A DNA stretch of 64,000 bases from Octopus vulgaris (Eukaryota), in the NCBI GenBank assembly GCA_951406725.2, contig OX597822.1, positions 9,114,001-9,178,000 on the forward strand. The letters are read 5' to 3'. Position 1 is the stretch's first letter. Each line of letters begins with the position of its first letter. This document shows, piece after piece, positions 55,772-64,000 of this stretch. The notes beneath the pieces were generated by a model, which was not told the origin of the DNA, did no database searches, and saw nothing but the letters and a program-made list of their open reading frames with translations. The translations under genes were made by a program, and so were the position numbers.

Positions 55772-57210
55772 GAGTAGGTATATATTTGTAAAAAATGAAG
55801 TTCGAAAATGTATTATACAATTTTTAATTTTTATATATACATTATAACATGTTTCAGTTCCTGAAATGAACCTTATCAAAAATCAGAATTTATACTGGAA
55901 CAAGGCCACCAGTTCACCATTAGAATAAACTTCACCTGCGCATCAGAAAACTTAATTTACGTCATAACATGCGCAGGCTGCAATAGGCAGTATATAGGCC
56001 ATACAAAAAATAGCTTACGTAACAGGATGGCGGTGCATAAATCACAAATTAGAAACCCTGATTACCGCAAAATACCGGTCAGCGGACACATAGATAGATG
56101 TGCTGGAAATGTAAATCCGAAATTTACAACTAACCCGCTCTATAAATTCAGTGACAACGCAACCTTCACACAACGCCAAAATAAAGAACTATATTTCATA
56201 AAAAAATTTAGACCAAGTTTAAACACCCTGGGCCAGGAATACTAAAACAAAAGATAAGTCCTCCGAAAAGGAGAACCAAATTTCACCACGGCCGCTACTT
56301 CAAACAGACACTCACTCTGACGGAAATATGCCTTAGTAAAAAAGGAAAAAAATTCTTTCGTGCAAATCTGACCCTGATACATACGATACAGCTAAGGGTC
56401 AGACCCGATTCTGATTGGTCAACAAGTTGATGACGTCTAGCTCTGCTAGAATGGACAGGATACAAACAGGGGACAGTCATTAGTCAGAATATTGATGACG
56501 TCCTTTTCTGCTTGAATAGTCACCTAACAAGTACAGACAGGGGCAGATCTAATGTAGCTATAAGTCGTGATTGGGCAGAATCTGGATGGCGTCCCGCTAT
56601 GCTTGACTAACGAAGCGACTGGTCAAGACAGGAAACAAACAAGAGGGAGTTATAATGCAGCGATTGGTCAAAATAATGATGACGTCCCGTTCCACTTGAT
56701 TAAAGCCACCTAACGAAACGATTGGTCAAAACATTGATGACGTCACGCTACGCTAGATTGACCACCTAACAGGCATTATAAAACCGAGCATTTCACAAAA
56801 ACTCACTAGAACCACCCAGCGAACTTCCACCATGGGTCATCACAATTGCTTAAGGTAAAAATGAATTCCTCGCTCTTTCGGAAACATCAATCTTCTGTAT
56901 TGACCGCTTTCCACCACTTTGATCTGTTTTTTGTATTGAATACGTATCGCCACCGTGGGCCACTGCATCGAACACTTTGAACATATACTTCAAACTATAT
57001 ATCAACTATACATGAACTATATATCAACTATACATGAACTCTAAGATGTCTGACTCCGTTGTGTATTATAAATGAATTTCTTGTGTTTGACGGCATGAGC
57101 TGTCTCTTTTTATATATAACTTTTTTTGATAAGGTTCATTTCAGGAACTGAAACATGTTATAAAAATTAAAAATTGTATAATACAGCAGCATTTTCGAAC
57201 TTCATTTTTT

Positions 57211-57217
<7 letters not shown>
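55772..57217 (+). mobile_element. Penelope-like element: GIY-YIG fragment, long terminal region, ~100-bp inverted terminus
   Basis: FTCASENLIYVITCAGCNRQYIGHT..R..VHK (55915-56245); 55772-55882 inverted at 57123-57217; HHR-like TTGATAA-ggttc..gaact-GAAACATGTT in both arms. Confidence 0.9.
56413..56783 (+). promoter_or_regulatory. Array of ATTGG-N12-TGACGT modules followed by a TATA box
   Basis: Modules at 56413, 56478, 56569, 56662 and 56720 (two degenerate); TATAAAA at 56777. Confidence 0.6.
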
Positions 57218-57262
<45 letters not shown>

Positions 57263-57703
57263 GCACACACTTTTAAATATATATATGTCTATCATGGATG
57301 AATGTGAATTCGTCTTTTAATTGGAATAATTTTCTATGATATCTAACGCTTGCGAAACTTTTTTTTTTCAGCTTATGATTAGACTTTGAATATTTCTTCC
57401 ATCGTTAATCGTTTACTTTTATTTCTATTTTCACTTCTCTAGAATATCGTTGGATTGTCTTCCAATTCAGTTTTTCCTGCTGTAGTTCATTATATTTTCC
57501 TTTGTTATATGTGTTGTCAGTAAATTTATGTTGCACAAATATGGTCTATGTAACAGTTAGAATCATGAACCTTAAAAGTTTGGAGTTTGCGATCAAAATT
57601 ATAAATCTCGTTGGTTAATAGTAGTTTAGTCACACATTTACATGCTGGTGATATCTTACTGACCAGAAAGTCTTTAACCTTAGTGTTTGTAGTATATGAG
57701 TGT

Positions 57704-58091
57704 GGAGGCTCAATGGCCCAGTGGTTAGGGCAGCGTACTCGCGGTCATAGGATCGCAGTTTCGATTCCCAGACCGGGCGTTGTGAGTGTTTATTGAGCGA
57801 AAACACCTAAAAGCTCCACGAGGCTCCGACAGGGGATGGTGGTGATCCCTGCTGTACTCTTTCACCACAACTTTCTCTCACTCTTACTTCCTGTTTCTGT
57901 TGTACCTGTATTTCAAAGGGCCGGCCTGGTCACTCTCTGTGTCTCGCTGAATATCCCCGAGAACTACGTTAAGGGTACACGTGTCTGTGGATTGCTCAGC
58001 CACTTACACGTTAATTTCACGAGCAGGCTGTTCCGTTGATTCGGATCAACCGGAACCCTCGTCGTCGTAACCGACGGACTGCTTCCAAAAA
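57704..58091 (+). mobile_element. Young tRNA-derived SINE family C with 13-bp TSD
   Basis: A box tggcccagtggttag, B box gtttcgattccc; TSD agtatatgagtgt. Confidence 0.9.
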
Positions 58092-58754
58092 AGTATATGA
58101 GTGTTAGTTTATCGTTTGAGAAACGGAAGACAAGAACAGAAACAAAACGTTTGAGAAACATTTTGTTTCTGTTCTTGTCTTCCGTAGTTACTATACATTC
58201 CATTCATATTATGCTGTATATATGTGCTCTGTGTTTGTTTTAATAGCGTAGTGTTCGATGTATTTGTTACATTGAATTCCTGTCTGTATTCTTATATGCC
58301 CTCATCTTTTAGTTTGCTAGGATACCCTTTGTTGACTTGTTCACTATGTAGGCTTATTTAGTTTTTCGTTTCTGGCAAACTATCTAAAAACCTGTCGTAT
58401 TATAGATCTTATCTTTAACACTTTGTATCTGTTTGGAAATTCTATGTCTGCCTATCAGTATTGATATTTCATTGTGTTTCTGGTATAAACGGATATGATG
58501 TTTGTGTTATTTTTATGTGAATGTTTCTTTCAAGAAATGAAGTCAGCTTGTTGAGGCCTTTTTTTATACTTTTCTTGGTCTTGAATTTTAGTACGAAGTT
58601 TTTCTTTCTACGTCTTCAATCTCTTTCTTGCTGTTTTCCGATCTGCCTATTACAACAGGAATGTCATCCATACACCTGAATATCCAATTTTGGAAAATGT
58701 AATTTGCCTTGTTGCCAGTGAAAGCGTTCTTCCATTATACAGAAGACCGGTAAT

Positions 58755-59144
58755 TTCTTTGGAAGCACTCCGTCGGTTACGACGATGAGGGTTCCGGTTG
58801 ATCCGAATCAACGGAACAGCCTGCTCGTGAAATTAACGTGTAAGTGGCTGAGCAATCCACAGACACGTGTACCCTTAACGTAGTTCTCGGGGATATTCCG
58901 CGTGACACAGATAGTGACAAGGCCGGCCCTTTGAAATACAGGTACAACAGAAACAGGAAGTAAGAGTGAGAGAAAGTTGTGGTGAAAGAGTACAGCAGGG
59001 TTCACCACCATCCCCTGCCGGAGCCTCGTGAAGCTTTAGGTGTTTTCACTCAATAAACACTCACAACGCCCGGTATGGGAATCGAAACCGCGATCCTATG
59101 ACCGCGAGTACGCTGCCCTAACCACTGGGCCATTGCGCCTCCAC
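58755..59144 (-). mobile_element. Second SINE family C copy, inverted, with ~14-bp TSD
   Basis: Near-identical to 57704-58091; TSD agaa(g/c)accggtaat. Confidence 0.9.
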
Positions 59145-59674
59145 TAGAACACCGGTAATATGCTTAGTTACTTAGTTGCTGTCGTGGATGGTTCCGTTAT
59201 TCGAAATTATACATTACTTAAGCTGCTTACCATCGAAAAAGATGCTAAACGGACAGTCAAAATCTCTAAAGTCAAAATGTTGCCTAATTTGCTAATTTGT
59301 TGCGACTCAGTTAATGAATACATATTGTATCTCTACTTTCTGTGTAATGTTTGGTTTTAGAGTCAAGTTCTGGCTGCTATTTCCAGCGTGGTGGTATATC
59401 TTAGATACCCTAAATATTAATTTAAATAATAATTATTACCTTTCAAGGTTTTTATTCCCATGCTGGCCACTTGATAAGATCGGTATTTGAATATCGATCT
59501 TATCCGTATTTATATAAATTTATACATTTATTTCGTCGTTATATTCACTGCGGTGGTATTTTTTACCATATCGCACGAGGAGTTTTAGGCGGGCAATTTA
59601 AGCTGGCCGTGTGCATACGTGCATATATATGTATGTATACGTTCGCGTATGTAAGTATTCGTATGATTTATATG

Positions 59675-59705
<31 letters not shown>

Positions 59706-59724
59706 TTATGTGCTATCTGAGTAT

Positions 59725-59782
59725 ATTCCACTGATGAGGCAAAGCATTTCTTAAGCAGAGTCAGAAATCCGGGATCTGGAAT
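59725..59782 (+). ncRNA. Canonical-core type I hammerhead ribozyme
   Basis: attcca-CTGATGA-ggc..gtca-GAAA-tccggga-TC-tggaat; lies between 64-bp direct repeats. Confidence 0.75.
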
Positions 59783-59980
59783 TATCCAGTGATTTTTTTT
59801 GCTACTTTATTTTGTCTATTTGTCTTCTCTCCTGGTGCTGTATGAACATTTAATGTGGTTTTAGAGTCAAGTTTTGGCTGCTATTTCCAACGTAGTTGTA
59901 TCTCTTAGATACCCTAAATTATAATTTTAATATATATATATATGAAAATTATGAAAATTTGATTTTCATATATATATATT

Positions 59981-60036
<56 letters not shown>

Positions 60037-60165
60037 TAAAAAGAATTCCAACCTTGTCTGATTTTCACGTTTTATTTACAATCTTATAATGATATATTAT
60101 AAGATAATATATTATAATTGAATAAAATAAAATGAAATAGTAGAATGTTAAATATTCATTCTGAT

Positions 60166-60210
60166 TGAACTAGTACTTTCATGCATTGAATTCTGCAATC
60201 TTCGGGTTCA
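60166..60210 (-). ncRNA. Minimal type I hammerhead ribozyme in PLE terminal repeat
   Basis: Mirror of 63048-63092. Confidence 0.75.
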
Positions 60211-60704
60211 TGTAGTAGTGTTGACAATCATGCTTCACAATTTTTGACTGTAGCAAGATGATTGATTCTGTGCTATAAATACAGCTGGGTAGGCTCCAGA
60301 GTGCTAGGTTTTGCAAACTGTATTCTGACCAATCAGTGTGTAGTATCACTCAATTACTTAAGCTGATTGGTTGGTTGAGCTGATTGGTTTAGGCATCACG
60401 CTTTGTTGGACATGTCAAGAGTCCTGTATCTTGACCCTGGCCGAAGCAGCAATTGTTGGGTTATTTTTAGAAATGTTGTAAATATCCTTTGTCAGAGATT
60501 TTTATATTTTTATATTTCAATTGTCATCATCATCATTGTCAGCACCTTAATTATTGTTGCTAGTGGTGATGGTGGTGGCAATAGAACTTTTAACCCTAAA
60601 TAAGATAACTTTCCTGCTATCTTCGTCTTGATCACCTTTAGTATTGTTGTTGTTGTTAGTGGTCATGGTCGTAGCAGTGGAAGTAATACCTCTAAGTATT
60701 ATTA

Positions 60705-61790
60705 TTATTGCTTATTTAGCTTGGGTTCGAATTTATCAATAAAATTATTTTCTCTGATTTTCCTCTCGATTTCACTTGGGCTGTGTAATTTGTAGAATGG
60801 AAATATTATATATATTTTCCGACCACATGTTGCTAGGTGGTTACTCAAAGGTATCTGACGGACCTCTGGGTCTCTAATCTGTTGCCGGTGTACACGTGAG
60901 CGTTCTAATAGTGCGTTTCCCGTCTGACCTACATATATTTCTTCACAATTTGGGCATTTGATGCAGTAAATTAAATTTCTGCTTTTGCAGTTCATATTCG
61001 CGTTTGTGAATATTTTCCCGGTTTTTGTGTTTATATATTGACCGGTATGTATGAATTGGCATGTGCCACATCGGCTATCATTGCATTTAGATACCGTGAA
61101 TGTTTGGTCTTTGTTGCTGAGGTCAAATTTTGCCTTTGTTAGTAATGTTTTCAAGATTTTAGGCTGTCTTTTACTAAGCACCATAGCTCGATCCGTGATT
61201 ATGTCTTTTAATTCATTACTTTGGGCAATGATTGGTAGGTTTGCTTTGGCAATGTTGAAGATATTCTGGTGAATATGTCCTTGGGTTGTCCTAAGTTGTT
61301 GTATAGGTATTTTTGTAGCCCGCTGTATGCCATTTTCTATAAGTAGAGATGGGTATTTTTGTTTGAGCAAAAATTCTCTTAGTTCTATTAGGCGTTTGTT
61401 CCTGATATTTGCATCTTCTACAATAGTACAAATTCTTCTGGCTAGGCAGTATGGGATGTTACGTTTTGTATGTGGTGGATGGCACGACTTAAAATTTAGG
61501 TATTGATGTGTGTCTGTGTGTTTATAGTATATATCTGTGGTGATGGTGGTGTCTTTTTTAATTACCATTATATCCAGGAATGGTAATTTGGTACTACTCA
61601 TCTCCTTTGTAAATTTGAGAGATGGGTGTAGGTTGTTCAGGAGGATATTGAACTCTTCCAGAGTATTTAGAGATTCTGTCCAGATTATGAAACAGTCGTC
61701 TAGGTATCTCTTCCATGCCTTTTCAATATACTTTCTAAATCCAGTGCCATAGTTTACCTCCACCTCTTGGTAGAGTTGTTCTTCTACTAT
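60705..61790 (-). CDS. PLE polyprotein fragment: RT palm/thumb, Cys linker, GIY-YIG endonuclease (5'-truncated)
   Basis: WKRYLDDCFIIW, LPFLDI, YKHTD, KCNDSRCGTC, LIYCIKCPNCEEIYVGQTG..R..H. Confidence 0.9.
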   Translation of the reverse strand: MVEEQLYQEVEVNYGTGFRKYIEKAWKRYLDDCFIIWTESLNTLEEFNILLNNLHPSLKFTKEMSSTKLPFLDIMVIKKDTTITTDIYYKHTDTHQYLNFKSCHPPHTKRNIPYCLARRICTIVEDANIRNKRLIELREFLLKQKYPSLLIENGIQRATKIPIQQLRTTQGHIHQNIFNIAKANLPIIAQSNELKDIITDRAMVLSKRQPKILKTLLTKAKFDLSNKDQTFTVSKCNDSRCGTCQFIHTGQYINTKTGKIFTNANMNCKSRNLIYCIKCPNCEEIYVGQTGNALLERSRVHRQQIRDPEVRQIPLSNHLATCGRKIYIIFPFYKLHSPSEIERKIRENNFIDKFEPKLNKQ

Positions 61791-62553
61791 TGTAGAAGAT
61801 GCAAATATCAGGAACAAACGCCTAATAGAACTAAGAGAATTTTTGCTCAAACAAAAATACCCATCTCTACTTATAGAAAATGGCATACAGCGGGCTACAA
61901 AAATACCTATACAACAACTTAGGACAACCCAAGGAAGAGGAAAACAAGAACAAGTCATACCATTCATAGTGACACACAACCCATGTCACCAGAATATCTT
62001 CAACATTGCCAAAGCAAACCTACCAATCATTGCCCAAAGTAATGAATTAAAAGACATAATCACGGATCGAGCTATGGTGCTTAGTAAAAGACAGCCTAAA
62101 ATCTTGAAAACATTACTAACAAAGGCAAAATTTGACCTCAGCAACAAAGACCAAACATTCACGGTATCTAAATGCAATGATAGCCGATGTGGCACATGCC
62201 AATTCATACATACCGGTCAATATATAAACACAAAAACCGGGAAAATATTCACAAACGCGAATATGAACTGCAAAAGCAGAAATTTAATTTACTGCATCAA
62301 ATGCCCAAATTGTGAAGAAATATATGTAGGTCAGACGGGAAACGCACTATTAGAACGCTCACGTGTACACCGGCAACAGATTAGAGACCCAGAGGTCCGT
62401 CAGATACCTTTGAGTAACCACCTAGCAACATGTGGTCGGAAAATATATATAATATTTCCATTCTACAAATTACACAGCCCAAGTGAAATCGAGAGGAAAA
62501 TCAGAGAAAATAATTTTATTGATAAATTCGAACCCAAGCTAAATAAGCAATAA
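61787..62553 (+). CDS. PLE polyprotein fragment: linker plus GIY-YIG (mirror copy)
   Basis: Same C-terminus as the minus copy; retains RGKQEQVIPFIVTHNPC. Confidence 0.9.
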
Positions 62554-63047
62554 TAATAATACTTAGAGGTATTACTTCCACTGCTACGACCATGACCACT
62601 AACAACAACAACAATACTAAAGGTGATCAAGACGAAGATAGCAGGAAAGTTATCTTATTTAGGGTTAAAAGTTCTATTGCCACCACCATCACCACTAGCA
62701 ACAATAATTAAGGTGCTGACAATGATGATGATGACAATTGAAATATAAAAATATAAAAATCTCTGACAAAGGATATTTACAACATTTCTAAAAATAACCC
62801 AACAATTGCTGCTTCGGCCAGGGTCAAGATACAGGACTCTTGACATGTCCAACAAAGCGTGATGCCTAAACCAATCAGCTCAACCAACCAATCAGCTTAA
62901 GTAATTGAGTGATACTACACACTGATTGGTCAGAATACAGTTTGCAAAATCTAGCACTCTGGAGCCTACCCAGCTGTATTTATAGCACAGAATCAATCAT
63001 CTTGCTACAGTCAAAAATTGTGAAGCATGATTGTCAACACTACTACA

Positions 63048-63092
63048 TGAACCCGAAGATTGCAGAATTCAATGCATGAAAGTACTAGTTCA
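63048..63092 (+). ncRNA. Minimal type I hammerhead ribozyme in PLE terminal repeat
   Basis: tgaac-CCGAAGA-ttgca gaattcaa tgcat-GAA-AGTACT-A-gttca; palindromic stem III. Confidence 0.75.
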
Positions 63093-63245
63093 ATCAGAAT
63101 GAATATTTAACATTCTACTATTTCATTTTATTTTATTCAATTATAATATATTATCTTATAATATATCATTATAAGATTGTAAATAAAACGTGAAAATCAG
63201 ACAAGGTTGGAATTCTTTTTATTAATATATTCTACTATACACAAT

Positions 63246-63326
<81 letters not shown>

Positions 63327-63344
63327 TTTACTAAGAGTTCCTAT

Positions 63345-63575
63345 CCTGGGGTAGCGTGGCTTAGTGGTTGGACTCATGCTCGTAAAATTGTGGCTTCGTT
63401 TCCTGGGCCGGGGGACGCGTTGTGTTTTTGAGTAAAACACTTCATTTCACGTTGCCCCGGTACACTCAGCTGTCAAAAATAAGGAATCCTGCGACGGACC
63501 AGCGTCCCGTCCAGGTGGGGTATTTATGCGCCATGGAAACAGGGGAACCGGCTCTTACTCGTCGGCATAACACGA
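63345..63575 (+). mobile_element. Diverged tRNA-derived SINE (fourth family)
   Basis: gtggcttagtggtt A box; ttgagtaaaacacttcatttcac core. Confidence 0.6.
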
Positions 63576-64000
63576 GAAGGTAACATTTTGTTTTCACCTT
63601 TTATTAACTTCCACTAACAGCCGAAATATGAACAAACCCGAACTTAATAAAAAGAAAACAGCAGAAGTAACGTAAGATATGGTTTTCATAGCTCTAAAGA
63701 TTCTCCAAATCCACCAACTTATAGTATCGATATAATTTTGATTATATCATAAACAGAGTATATTATTTATGTAAACGTTGCTATTTCTCTGTGGTTCAGC
63801 TGTCCGCTTTGAGACCGTGTGGTTCTGAATTTCGATCCCACAGCACGACACTTTGCACAAGTGTCTGCTAATGCAGTTTTATGCTGACAAATGCAGAATT
63901 TGCTAGACGAAAATCGCACATAGCTAAATTGTTAGGAAGTTCGTTTTGCTATCATGAGCTCTAGGATTCATTCCCACTGTCTAGTATATTGAACGCATGC

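Larger units (their letters stand above)
60031..63227. mobile_element. Young Penelope-like element forming a 3.2-kb head-to-head inverted duplication
   Basis: Arms 60031-61460 and 61787-63227 near-identical; left end abuts (TA)n, right end lies ~30 bp from (TA)n. Confidence 0.95.

Noticed and set aside
56413-56745. Spaced repeats resembling a CRISPR array
   Set aside because: Eukaryotic context, degenerate units, related spacers, no cas genes
57704-57780. tRNA gene
   Set aside because: tRNA-like SINE head continuing into a SINE body with TSDs
61791-61979. N-terminal ~63 aa of the 424-aa ORF 60705..61979
   Set aside because: Antisense read-through of the opposite inverted arm; the same applies to the start of ORF 18958..19503

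Overview
AT-rich eukaryotic non-coding DNA dense in microsatellites [(TA)n, (TAA)n, (GATA)n, (CA)n], tRNA-derived SINEs, decayed LINEs (RLE-type R4/Dong-like, RTE, Tx1, CR1), Penelope-like elements (PLEs), mariner relics, MITEs and a Helitron. The repeat landscape resembles an octopus genome (my inference). There is no complete host gene; one candidate first coding exon encoding a signal-peptide-like segment lies at 42834-43070. Most ORFs in the supplied track are microsatellite translations. The main hidden signal, found by manual folding, is about 15 minimal type I hammerhead ribozyme (HHR) motifs from several unrelated sequence families. Some lie in PLE terminal repeats and some in short non-coding units. 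One ~363-bp unit has a second copy that reads through its end-to-start junction, as expected for a circular or tandem RNA template (retrozyme-like). PLE-derived insertions repeatedly form head-to-head inverted duplications whose 3' ends face (TA)n tracts. All calls are by eye and coordinates may be off by a few bases.
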